64,000 nt of DNA from Candidatus Poribacteria bacterium. GTDB lineage: Bacteria; Poribacteria; WGA-4E; WGA-3G. The notes under the pieces are model-generated. The model saw only the letters and a list, made by a program, of their open reading frames with translations. It searched no databases and was not told where the DNA came from. This document shows, piece by piece, positions 52,250-62,334 of this stretch (positions are counted from its first letter, which is position 1; the number at the start of each line of letters is the position of its first letter). Both the position numbers and the translations under genes were made by a program. The DNA is taken from NCBI GenBank assembly GCA_965205025.1, contig CBDBFU010000023.1:1-64000 (forward strand). Reading direction: 5' to 3'.

Positions 52250-52460
52250 TTATAGCGTCAATTTAAGGATTAGACTCTTCTGTGGGAGGGATTCCGATCT
52301 CCTATCCTTCAAGATCCTGTTCCTATTTTGATCGTTTCAACCCAGTTTTTCAGACACTCTCCTCACCCCCAGAGGGGTGATATGTCTATAGGAAAGGTAT
52401 GACAACTTCCTGCAATCCAACGGAGTGCTATGTAAGTGAATAGGTGGCAACTTAGGTTAA
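52250..52460. repeat. REP/MITE cluster (ATAGCGTCAATTT end; IS982-like AACC...GGTT element with CCCCAGAGGGG hairpin)
   Basis: 52250-52300 matches 48955-49010; AACCCAGTT at 52339 and AACTTAGGTT at 52449. Confidence 0.6.
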
Positions 52461-52801
52461 TATACTTTTTGTGAGATTCACTAAACAGAATTCACATCTA
52501 CAGAGAGAAGATCAACTAATAAATAGGAAGATGGGAAATGACAATCCAACATTTTTATAAAAATACAATCAGACAAAGAAAAAATAGCAAATGGCTTCAG
52601 TGGTCAGGAAATTCAGATAAACCAGAGAATGACACAAAAATCAAAATTCTCAAATTTCAAGAAAATTACCATAAACCCAGTCTACCACAGGGATTAGTGC
52701 GATTTTACAAAGTTACACCATGTAACGAAAAGTGTAACTTTTTCATTTTACTTCAGAATATCCCATTATTAAGAATACTTCTATTTGGTATAATTCCACT
52801 T

Positions 52802-52965
52802 TGTAGGGACGAAACCTCCCTCTTCTCTTCTGTAGGCGGGGAATGCGCGTATGGCATTCATACCCGCCGAATGCCATACGCGCATTCGGCGTTGATTTGG
52901 GGAATGCTAAATAGCATTCATACCGTTGATTCCCTGATTCCCTGATTCCTGGATTCCGATCCCAG
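52802..52965. repeat. GTAG-type REP cluster with 19-bp perfect inverted repeat
   Basis: GAATGCGCGTATGGCATTC (52841) and its inverse (ends 52887); GATTCCCT tandem units. Confidence 0.75.
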
Positions 52966-53582
52966 ATCTTACATTCTAATGAAAACTAACATGTCAAACC
53001 AATGGATAAGAACAAAAGAAAATGACACAAAATTCGTCACTGTGACAAATTCTTGTGACATAAAAAAAGTGGCTCTAAACCCAGTGTAGTACTGACGGGA
53101 AAGAGATTTTATCAATGTCACACCATGTGACAAAAAGTGTAACAATTTAAACATATTAATAATTTATATATTACTATTGTGAACAGTAAAAAAACAGCAA
53201 ATTTACAGAATAATACGGGGTTCAATATATAGTACATCGCAAGGAACAAAACACTCTCAATATAATGATTTATGAGATATAACCTAAACTATACACAAGT
53301 TGGAAATGACATAATAATTACGAATTTTCAGAGTATTCAGAGTAAATCAAAGAAACCATAATTTTAGAAAACACAGAGGAATCCAGACTATAACTGACTT
53401 TATACAAAATATAAAACATCACCTAACAGCATTTACTCTGAAAATTACACTGTTACTCTGAAACAGCTAAAAACTATATGATCCGTGATATTCATGACAA
53501 AAACTTTACATACCCCTTACAATCGTTGAAGTTTGCAACACTATACAGAAACATGCTATAATGAAACTACTATTTAGGAGGT

Positions 53583-54326
53583 ATGGATATGCTTAGATTG
53601 TTCTTTATCGTCATTGGTCTCACAATTATCGGTCTTATAGCTAATATATCTGCAGATGTGTGGACTGATAATTTTGATGGTAATAAATTGGAAGAAGGAT
53701 GGGAATTCCGTGATCATAATGCCAAAGCAACTAAGTACGAAGTAAAAGATGGATTCTTACACATCACCAATCCTGGAAATTGGGGACACACGACACCTGA
53801 TAAACCAATGATTGAACGTGATATACCAAATAGTGCTGCAAAGAATATCACAGTAAGTGGAATATTTACGAGTGAACCTGATAAACCAGCTGATGCCTGG
53901 ATTGGAATTTTTCTATATAGTGATAGTGATCTCAATTACGCCTGCTTCTTATTTGGCGGAGAATCAAATCAACCACAGAAGACTCTAATCGGTAGTATGG
54001 TCAAGGGAAATTGGCAAGACAAAGGACATCCACAGACCGGTTTTGATGTTCCTCTTCATTTGAAAATTGTCAAAGAAGATGATACATTGTCAGGTTATTT
54101 TCGAAGAAATGAAAAAGAAGATTGGACACTTGCTGGTGGTAAAATGTGGAATCATAGTTTTAATATCAAACAAGTTGGTATTGGATTTATGAATAATTGG
54201 GGTGGAAAGACTGTTACATTTATGATTGATCAATTATCTATTGAGGGGGACGGTATAAAACCCTTTTCTGTTGATCCTAACTCTAAATTAACTACCACAT
54301 GGGGTAACATTAAAACTAATTCATAG
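53583..54326 (+). CDS. Secreted concanavalin-like beta-sandwich protein
   Basis: AGGAGG RBS; signal peptide; WTDNFDG..L...W; tail VDPNSKLTTTWGNIK. Confidence 0.8.
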   Translation: MDMLRLFFIVIGLTIIGLIANISADVWTDNFDGNKLEEGWEFRDHNAKATKYEVKDGFLHITNPGNWGHTTPDKPMIERDIPNSAAKNITVSGIFTSEPDKPADAWIGIFLYSDSDLNYACFLFGGESNQPQKTLIGSMVKGNWQDKGHPQTGFDVPLHLKIVKEDDTLSGYFRRNEKEDWTLAGGKMWNHSFNIKQVGIGFMNNWGGKTVTFMIDQLSIEGDGIKPFSVDPNSKLTTTWGNIKTNS

Positions 54327-54404
54327 TAATACGAGACTAACCGTTTTAATATCGTTGTTAAGGTAAGAAAGTTTATTAATCTACTATATCTTACACCTAA
54401 TTTT

Positions 54405-54449
54405 ATATGGATATTTGGGTATTATTTCAGTTTATCCAAATATCCATAT
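54405..54449. terminator. Hairpin, possible terminator
   Basis: ATATGGATATTTGG/CCAAATATCCATAT 14-bp stem. Confidence 0.5.
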
Positions 54450-54659
54450 TGCTGTATTATGGAATCATCTTGGTCTTATGTATGCCTTTCAGTCCACTAT
54501 AACGGAATTAGAGAGCAATAGAACAAAATCACGATTTTTTACTTTCAATACTAATAATTCATAATTTTACGGAAGTTCTATTGATAAATGTATGTCAAAT
54601 AAATTAGAAGAATTAAAAATACTTTCAATTGATTGATTAGAAGGAGTAGTATTTAATAA

Positions 54660-57600
54660 ATGTCCATTCCAAAAATATCTGTGAACAACCCTGTCTTAGC
54701 AAATATGTTGATGATTCTAATTATGATATTTGGGTTGTATGCATGGATTACCCTGCCAAGAGAACTCTCTCCTGAAATTGCCCTCCAAAGTGCAACTATT
54801 AGTACTTTGTATCCTGGTGCCTCACCGGAAGAAGTTGAAAAACTTATCAGTGCACCTATAGAAGATTCAATCGAAGAAAATGTAAATAAGATCAATCTCA
54901 TGATTTCTACATCGTCTGAAGGTAGATCAATCATCTCAGTAGATTTTGAAGAAATGACTGATAGGGAATTCGATAAGGAATTGGAGAATCTGCGGACAGC
55001 TGTAGAACAAGTTAACAATCTACCAGAAGAGATATTAGATGATCCTTTGGTGCAGGAATTGGATGTGTCATCTGGGTTTCCGATGTTAACAATTGTAGTT
55101 GGAGGAACCATATCTGAGACTCAAATGCGGGATATTGCTGAGAATCTAAAGGATGAGATATTAGAAATCAAAAATATCGCAGATGTACAAATTGCCGGTC
55201 TTCGTGAAAGAGAAATATGGATAGAAGTTAACCCAGATAAGTTGAAAGCCTATAACCTACCAATTACTGCGGTGAGTACTGCATTACAACTAAGAAATTT
55301 AAACCTTCCTGCTGGTACGATGGAAATTGCGAACACTGAATTTATGGTGAGAACGATGGGAGAATTCTCAAATCCAGAATTCATTGGTGATACAATTCTA
55401 TCTGTTCTACCATCAGGAACTCCTCTTCGTCTTAGTGATGTGGCAACAGTCTCAGATACTTACGAAAAACCAAGAACACTATCCCGAATTGATGGCGGAT
55501 CTTCAATCAGTTTGAGTGTTCAAAAGAAAAAAGAAGGAAACACCATATCATTAGTTGCACAATTACGAGAATTAGTTACAGAACACAATAAGAACCTACC
55601 TGAAGGAGCTGTATTGACTCCGGTTAATGATTATTCTGTAATTCTAAAAGAACGTCTTGGTATCCTTGAAACTAATGCTATCTTCGGATTAATACTTGTC
55701 ATCTTCATGCTTTTCATTTTCATAGGATGGCGTAATGCTCTATTTGCTGCGCTTGGAATCCCTGTTGCATTTATGGCAACGTTCTGGTTTATGTCTATTA
55801 CAGGATATTCGTTAAGTGGCGTATCTCTTTTTGGTCTCATTTTGGTAGTTGGAATTGTAGTTGATGATGCAATTGTTGTAATAGAGAATATCTATAGACA
55901 TATTCAATCAGGAGCTACACCAAGGGAAGCGGCAATCAGAGGTGCAGAAGAAGTCGGGTGGCCTGTAGTGGCAGCAAGCTTAACCACCATAGGTGCATTT
56001 GGACCCCTTATGTTCATGTCAGGTGTCTCAGGACAGTTTATGCGGATTGTACCTATAATGGCAATCCTTGTATTGCTCGCTTCACTCTTTGAGGTATTTT
56101 TTATATTACCCGCACATGTTTCTGAATGGGGCAGACCAGAGCATAAACAAACAAGATCAAATAGATGGTTTAATGTTATAAGAGGGTTCTATGTAAAAAT
56201 CCTGAAACGTACGATTAGATATCGCTATGTTTTTGTTGGAACTGTTTTGATGATAGGTTTAGTAACCTGTGTCGGTGCATTTCTGATTCTTGATAAAGAA
56301 TTGTTCCCTGGTGAAGATTTTCCACAGTTCTATGTAAAAGCAGAAATGCCAACTACTTATGGCCTTCAAGAAACTACAGACGTCATTGCTCAACTTGAAA
56401 ATGCAGCTAAGACACTACCAAAAGAAGAAGTTGCTGCTGTAGTCAGCAATATTGGAATTCATACACCAACAGGTGGATTAATGGAAGGAATAACTTACGG
56501 TTCTAATTATGGGGAACTCATAATTGAATTAGTTCCCAAAAATCAAAGATCACGCACTACCGATGAAGTAATTGCTTCTATAAGGAAAGAAACTGTTAAC
56601 ATTAGTGGTATAGAGAAACTAAATTTTGATAAAATACAAGGTGGACCTCCTCAAGGACAGGACGTTGAGGTTAAAGTTAAAGGATCACGCTTCAATCAGT
56701 TAATTGAAATCGCAGATAAGCTTAAGTCTACTCTAAGTGATATTGAGGGTGTAGAGGATATCCGAGATGATTTTAGGATTGGAAAATCGGAATTACGTAT
56801 ATATTTGAAACCTGAAAAAGCAGCTCAACACGGAATGTCTACTTTACAAGTAGCTCAGACAGTACGTATTGCAATTGAAGGGGCAATTTCTACAACTTAT
56901 CGAGAAGCTGATGAAGAAATTGATGTAATAGTCAGGTATCCTGAAAATCGTTTACAGTCAATAAATGAACTTAGCGATCTATTGTTAACAACCCCACTTG
57001 GCACTATAATTCCATTAAAGGAAGTTGCATATATAGTTGAAGAACAGGGGTATGCGGATATAAAACGATTTGAAGGTGAAAGAGCAATTACTGTTTTTGC
57101 CTCAGTAGATAGAACTATAACCACACCATTTAAAGTAAATCAAGCCTTAATCTCTGCCTTTGAAGATATTGAAACATTGTATCCTGGGTACAGACTTGAT
57201 TTTAGAGGATTGTTTGATGAAATTCAAGAGTCTTTCGGTGAGTTATGGAAACTCTTTGTCGTCGGTGTTTTTGTCATTTATATGATATTGGGGGCACAAT
57301 TCAAGTCCTTTTTACAACCTATCATAATTCTTTTAGCAGTTCCTTTTGGTATGATAGGTGCGATGTTTGGACTTCTATTTTCAAATGCAACTTTAAGTAT
57401 GGTAGCAATGTTCGGAATTGTTGCACTTGCGGGGATTGTGGTTAATGACTCTATTGTTTTAATTGATTTTATCAATAAGTATCGTGAACGTGGTTACAAT
57501 CGATGGTATGCTATTTTAAAAGGAAGTAGTCTTAGATTACGTCCAATTATGCTTACATCTATGACAACAATTATAGGTCTAATTCCAATGGCAAGCGGAT

Positions 57601-57809
57601 TAGGAGGTAAGTCACCTATATGGATGCCAATGGCAAATACCATTATCTTTGGTCTGGCTTTTGCAACCATTATGACACTATTCGTTATGCCTTCTCTGTA
57701 TGCGATTATATCAGATATAAAGAATGTATTTAGTAGAAGCAAGCAAGAAGACTATAAAATTGTTGAACACGAAGATATGATTGGAGTTCCCGCCCCAGCA
57801 GATGATTGA
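54660..57809 (+). CDS. RND efflux transporter permease (AcrB/AcrD/AcrF family)
   Basis: YPGASPEEVE, GIVVDDAIVVIENI, GIVVNDSIVL and RLRPIMLTS motifs; 1049 aa. Confidence 0.95.
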   Translation: MSIPKISVNNPVLANMLMILIMIFGLYAWITLPRELSPEIALQSATISTLYPGASPEEVEKLISAPIEDSIEENVNKINLMISTSSEGRSIISVDFEEMTDREFDKELENLRTAVEQVNNLPEEILDDPLVQELDVSSGFPMLTIVVGGTISETQMRDIAENLKDEILEIKNIADVQIAGLREREIWIEVNPDKLKAYNLPITAVSTALQLRNLNLPAGTMEIANTEFMVRTMGEFSNPEFIGDTILSVLPSGTPLRLSDVATVSDTYEKPRTLSRIDGGSSISLSVQKKKEGNTISLVAQLRELVTEHNKNLPEGAVLTPVNDYSVILKERLGILETNAIFGLILVIFMLFIFIGWRNALFAALGIPVAFMATFWFMSITGYSLSGVSLFGLILVVGIVVDDAIVVIENIYRHIQSGATPREAAIRGAEEVGWPVVAASLTTIGAFGPLMFMSGVSGQFMRIVPIMAILVLLASLFEVFFILPAHVSEWGRPEHKQTRSNRWFNVIRGFYVKILKRTIRYRYVFVGTVLMIGLVTCVGAFLILDKELFPGEDFPQFYVKAEMPTTYGLQETTDVIAQLENAAKTLPKEEVAAVVSNIGIHTPTGGLMEGITYGSNYGELIIELVPKNQRSRTTDEVIASIRKETVNISGIEKLNFDKIQGGPPQGQDVEVKVKGSRFNQLIEIADKLKSTLSDIEGVEDIRDDFRIGKSELRIYLKPEKAAQHGMSTLQVAQTVRIAIEGAISTTYREADEEIDVIVRYPENRLQSINELSDLLLTTPLGTIIPLKEVAYIVEEQGYADIKRFEGERAITVFASVDRTITTPFKVNQALISAFEDIETLYPGYRLDFRGLFDEIQESFGELWKLFVVGVFVIYMILGAQFKSFLQPIIILLAVPFGMIGAMFGLLFSNATLSMVAMFGIVALAGIVVNDSIVLIDFINKYRERGYNRWYAILKGSSLRLRPIMLTSMTTIIGLIPMASGLGGKSPIWMPMANTIIFGLAFATIMTLFVMPSLYAIISDIKNVFSRSKQEDYKIVEHEDMIGVPAPADD

Positions 57810-57890
57810 ATTCTTTGTTCCAAAGCAACTTTGTAGATAGAGAATAATACCAAATGTAAACATTCCATCAGAGTTAATAAAGGAGAAAAT

Positions 57891-58850
57891 ATGAAGATTG
57901 GATTTATTGGTGTTGGTGGTATAGCAGGAAATTATAGAGGAAGTCTAAAAAGACTGAATAAACCTATTAGAGCTGTATGTGATATAAATGCAGATAGAGC
58001 AAATTCAATTGCCTCTGACGAAAATGCCACATCCTATACAGATCACCAAGAAATGTTGGATAAAGAGAAACTGGATGTGGTGTTTATCTGTATTCCTCCT
58101 GGAGCACATACTACACAAGTTGCAGATTCAGCAAAATCGGGTGCTGCAGTTTTTGTTGCCAAACCGATTGCCCCAAATCATGAGGTAGGCAGAAATACCA
58201 GTGATGCAATTGCTGAGTCTGGTGTCATCAATCAGGTTGGTTATATGGCAAGATATAGTGATATTACCGATAAAGCAAAAGAATTAGTTGGTGATAATCC
58301 ACTTACCATGGGCATAGGTAGATTTCTTTGTAGAATGGGAGCAAGTCATCCTTGGTGGGGTAAATTTGATATTTCTCTTGGTCAGATGGTAGAACAGACT
58401 ACCCATGTTTTTGACCTAATACGTTATTTTCTTGGAGATGTTCAAAGTGTACAGGCATTCGGCATCAAAGATGTATCAGGGGATATTGCAGACTTTGAAG
58501 AATGTACTGTGTGTAACCTCAAATTCAGTAGTGGTGCAGTAGGGAGTATTACAAGTACATGTGCTGCACGGGCACATGATCATTTTGCTACCGAGTTGTT
58601 AGGAGACGACATATATCTCAAATTAACACATGATTTAGGGTTACGCGGACAAATTAGAGGAGAAGGGATCACCTACAATGGAGAGGAAGCAGGATATTTT
58701 CGTCAAGTAGAACAATTCATCAAGGCAGTTGAAGCAAACGATCAGAATATAGTTCGTTCTTCTTATGCTGATGCATATAAAACTCTTGCTGTAACACTTG
58801 CTGCGAATAAGTCCTTGGAATCTGGAAATGTAGAAAGTGTAATAGAATGA
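57891..58850 (+). CDS. Gfo/Idh/MocA oxidoreductase
   Basis: IGFIGVGGI, PP..H, AKP and EQTTH..D motifs. Confidence 0.9.
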   Translation: MKIGFIGVGGIAGNYRGSLKRLNKPIRAVCDINADRANSIASDENATSYTDHQEMLDKEKLDVVFICIPPGAHTTQVADSAKSGAAVFVAKPIAPNHEVGRNTSDAIAESGVINQVGYMARYSDITDKAKELVGDNPLTMGIGRFLCRMGASHPWWGKFDISLGQMVEQTTHVFDLIRYFLGDVQSVQAFGIKDVSGDIADFEECTVCNLKFSSGAVGSITSTCAARAHDHFATELLGDDIYLKLTHDLGLRGQIRGEGITYNGEEAGYFRQVEQFIKAVEANDQNIVRSSYADAYKTLAVTLAANKSLESGNVESVIE

Positions 58851-58914
58851 AACAATTTACTGAAACTATATTACAGTTACATGCCTCTCATATAAGATGT
58901 AGGAGGAACTTAAT

Positions 58915-59417
58915 TTATCGTCTTATTAATTTAACCAATACTTGTGCAATATTACCTTTATAACCACAGCGAGTTGTATTAATTGGATAATCTTCTCCTC
59001 GAAATGTAATTCTTGATTTTTTTAGCTTGTCTCGTTGTACTCTGTGTAAGCTACCTCCATGTACTAAATAGGTACAAGGTCTATTTCAACTGTATTTGGA
59101 GTGTAGTGGTCTGCAATTCTTGCTCCAGTCTGTAATTGAAGTACTGCTTCAGATGCATCAACATCACCTCGTTTTAATTCCAAAGGGACACCAATTAGAC
59201 AATTCTTCACATCATCAATATGAAATAAGATGAAATCACATTGGTTGCTTCTCGCTTTGTCTGTGGGATAAGCTTTATCTACATCTAATACTACACGGTT
59301 TACAGGTTTAGACCTTAGATTAGCCATTGAAACGGTACATCCTTTTCTGGTATAGGATTTTGCATTACTGTTACCTACCCATTTCTTTATCTGATTAAGT
59401 GTATCAATTGGATTCAC
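58915..59417 (-). CDS. Small putative PD-(D/E)XK-like protein (frameshift near 59066)
   Basis: CDFILF...ELKRG...A..QL motif; GTG start overlaps the ATPase end; adding one T extends VPILVHGG... to 58915. Confidence 0.62.
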
Positions 59418-60864
59418 TACGACTCTTGCCTTTCTTTCTCTCATATCGTTGTTGAAGATTTACAGTACGGTTGTATAGTCCTTCAGCAACATCCTCATAA
59501 TCCTGTGGGGAGATACCTTCTATAGATTTAAATGGTATCTCTTTCACTGTTTCGTTCTTTTGAAAATGCCATACGCCTACTTCTTCAGGCACTAACCAAC
59601 AATCAGATTTATCCGAATTTTCATCAATTAATCCTTCAAGAACAAGGTTTCCTATTTCCTGGAGCAACCAATCACTATGTGTTGTTGTTATAACTCTAAC
59701 ACCAGCTCTAACAAGATATGCGAGTATCACAGCCATGTCTGCTTGTGCACCTGGATGAAGATGAGCTTCTGGTTCTTCTATGATTAGTGTATCTCCAGGA
59801 TTAAGAATTCCTCTAATAAATAAAACAACTGGAGCTAATTCAATCACCATCGATGATGATTGGCTTAACGGTATGTCTTTTTCACTCTCATTAAAGGTAT
59901 ACCGTACATCAGGATTGCCACTAACAGATGATTTTAACTGGATTTTACCTTGTAGTATCTTGTTTTCTAATATTCCAGCAATATAATGCATATCACTGTC
60001 AATATTTTTGTTTTCTTCATATAGAATTATCTTAGCCAAGAAATCCGTTAGAACACTTGACATCGTAGGTATATTAGATAATTCTTCGACACCTATACGT
60101 GTAGTATGTCTAACCATAGAACTTGCAATCACTCTGTGACTTTGCATTAGACCACTACGTGCGCCAGGAAGATAATATCGACAATGTTTTCTTCCTTCAA
60201 TAGTAATTTCTGACTTGCCTTCATGTTCTGGTAAGATGATGGTTATAGCATGATTCTTAGGGATTAAAACCTGTTCATCACTTGATGAATAGGTCAAATC
60301 CAAATCAGATTCATCTGAACCTAAAGAATGCATACTTATATTCCAATATATTTTATTGTCTGACTCAATTTTTAACGAGATTGACATAGGATTATGTTGT
60401 TTTTTTAACACTCGATTAAGATTTGAAATTGAATCTAAATCAAAGCAATTTATGAGTTCTTCTTGTAAAGTCTTTTTAAAGGAATCTATAGTAAAATAAT
60501 TGTGTATACTTTCATGCATACTTTTTGGAAGATCCGATAATAAAAATGATCTGTCAATCATTGCCATTTTCCGTTGGATAATGTGCTTTTCTTCTTTTAA
60601 CAAATCTTGACCATTTAATAATTCTCTCAGTAAAGGTTCAAGACTACTTGGTTCAGAATTATAGATTAGATTTGGACCTGTAAAGTCGTTAAATACTCCA
60701 TGCAGAACATACATCAAGGTGGCAAGATATGTTTTTCCAGTATTACTCGGACCAACAAACACAGTCAAGGGACGCAGATCAATGTTGGCTTCGTGAATTG
60801 GTCCAAAATTTTTGACTTCAATACCTATCTTCAATTCTTGACTGGAGTCTTCTTTCTTACTCAT
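59404..60864 (-). CDS. ABC-type ATPase (AAA_15/AAA_21-like)
   Basis: KNFGPI, GPSNTGKT, SSS...EL, IIEEPEAHLHP and TTHS motifs. Confidence 0.9.
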   Translation of the reverse strand: MSKKEDSSQELKIGIEVKNFGPIHEANIDLRPLTVFVGPSNTGKTYLATLMYVLHGVFNDFTGPNLIYNSEPSSLEPLLRELLNGQDLLKEEKHIIQRKMAMIDRSFLLSDLPKSMHESIHNYFTIDSFKKTLQEELINCFDLDSISNLNRVLKKQHNPMSISLKIESDNKIYWNISMHSLGSDESDLDLTYSSSDEQVLIPKNHAITIILPEHEGKSEITIEGRKHCRYYLPGARSGLMQSHRVIASSMVRHTTRIGVEELSNIPTMSSVLTDFLAKIILYEENKNIDSDMHYIAGILENKILQGKIQLKSSVSGNPDVRYTFNESEKDIPLSQSSSMVIELAPVVLFIRGILNPGDTLIIEEPEAHLHPGAQADMAVILAYLVRAGVRVITTTHSDWLLQEIGNLVLEGLIDENSDKSDCWLVPEEVGVWHFQKNETVKEIPFKSIEGISPQDYEDVAEGLYNRTVNLQQRYERKKGKSRSESN

Positions 60865-60927
60865 GTTTGTCCTTTACAATAATCTTCCCAAATCATTAAT
60901 TTACAAATACGATATATAATTTAACAC

Positions 60928-62298
60928 TTAAAAAAATGTAAGATACGGTTTGCCTTCTATCTCGCGGAGCAACAATAGTGCAAGTTCTCTTCCATGATAG
61001 TCTCCCCACATAGATGCCTCTCCACATGGTATTTTTCTATCTTCTGGAACATAGTCCCACCCGTTGGGTCTGTGATATACTGAATGAAGAAGTAAACCTT
61101 GATGTGTTTCTGAGGCTGATAAATAGGGTTCATCAAAGAGAGTGTTTGCTACTGTTAAACCAGCTTGGTAGTATTTGGAACTTGATTCTTCTTCACCATG
61201 TTTTGAAAGGAAGTTCCCATATCTAATTAACCCTTGTGCCGCGATTGCTGCAGCAGAACTATCAACGGGTTCATAATCATTGTATGGTTCGGACGGAATT
61301 GATAGGTAATCTCCTAATTCAACCAGACCCGGAGCCCCTGTATCCCAGTAAGGTATTCCATCCTGTGCTGTGTTCTCAATGAAGAAATCTGCAGTTGCTT
61401 CAACTGCTTTCCTCATATGGGATGTCACTTCGAACTTCCCACCAAAAGAATCAAGGTCATCATCAGACAATGTATCAAAAAACTCAAGCTGCTCTGCATA
61501 ACCTGTTATAATCCATGCTAAACCACGAGTCCAGGTAGAAAATGGGGAATAACCTTGTTGTGTACTGGGACATCGGTAATTTCCATCATTAGTATTGAAG
61601 ATAGATTCATGAACTACCCGTCCCCGAATATCAAAAGCATCACGACCTTCACCGTAGTAAACATTATACTTAGCAGTTGTTTGAGAATGTTGGATTAACC
61701 GTTCCAATAAGTTTATTGCTACATCACCTTCACCCATAAGGACAGCCCCAAGTGTATGTCCTATAGCTAATACACGTAATGAACGTATGGTATCTGAGAA
61801 TAAAGAATGTGGTCCGTTGAAAGAAGCAATATAACCTGCTCCATCCTTAATCTCTGTCCATCGACTCGCTTGTACGGCTGCTGAAGATTTCAAAGCAATT
61901 TCATAAAAGTGCATTTCATTTTCATCAGTTGGGATAACACCTTCCCGCATAAGTCGACAAAGATTACCATAAGTGGAGACGTTATTAAACCCGTGATCAT
62001 GTACGCCAATATGTGTAACATGTGGATGCATTTTTTCAATAGTGTTCCGTCTTCCAATTTCTAAGAATTGTTCATCCCCAGTTGCATCATATTGAAGAAT
62101 AGCAGATCCAAATTGAAATCCTTGCGTCCATTCTGTCCATCCTCTGGTTGTGTATGTACCAGCAACTGTAAAAACAGGTGTGCCATTTTCTGGTAGCCAA
62201 GTGTCTTCAATTGACAATATTTTTTCACCTGAAAACTCAAAAAACCTGTCTATTTTGGTTTTCAGATCATGTATCTTTAATGAATTGTTTATCTTCAT
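60928..62298 (-). CDS. GH88-like unsaturated glucuronyl hydrolase
   Basis: WT.GF, HDHGF, QGY...STWTRG.AW, PYWD, DSSAAAIAA and WGDY motifs. Confidence 0.85.
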   Translation of the reverse strand: MKINNSLKIHDLKTKIDRFFEFSGEKILSIEDTWLPENGTPVFTVAGTYTTRGWTEWTQGFQFGSAILQYDATGDEQFLEIGRRNTIEKMHPHVTHIGVHDHGFNNVSTYGNLCRLMREGVIPTDENEMHFYEIALKSSAAVQASRWTEIKDGAGYIASFNGPHSLFSDTIRSLRVLAIGHTLGAVLMGEGDVAINLLERLIQHSQTTAKYNVYYGEGRDAFDIRGRVVHESIFNTNDGNYRCPSTQQGYSPFSTWTRGLAWIITGYAEQLEFFDTLSDDDLDSFGGKFEVTSHMRKAVEATADFFIENTAQDGIPYWDTGAPGLVELGDYLSIPSEPYNDYEPVDSSAAAIAAQGLIRYGNFLSKHGEEESSSKYYQAGLTVANTLFDEPYLSASETHQGLLLHSVYHRPNGWDYVPEDRKIPCGEASMWGDYHGRELALLLLREIEGKPYLTFF

Positions 62299-62334
62299 GT
62301 ATCCTCTATTTCTTATATGAACCTACTTTAGGTT

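Larger units (their letters stand above)
51975..53465. repeat. Array of degenerate symmetric modules with short direct and inverted repeats, interrupted by REP/MITE clusters
   Basis: Recurrent AATGACA and AAACCC-N-ACWG motifs; module-specific repeats GTTATGAAA, TGTAAC, TGTGAC and TTCAGAGTA. Confidence 0.6.

Noticed and set aside
52538-52945. 135-aa ORF as an intact gene
   Set aside because: Its second half runs through a REP cluster and sister modules contain stops; treated as part of the module array.
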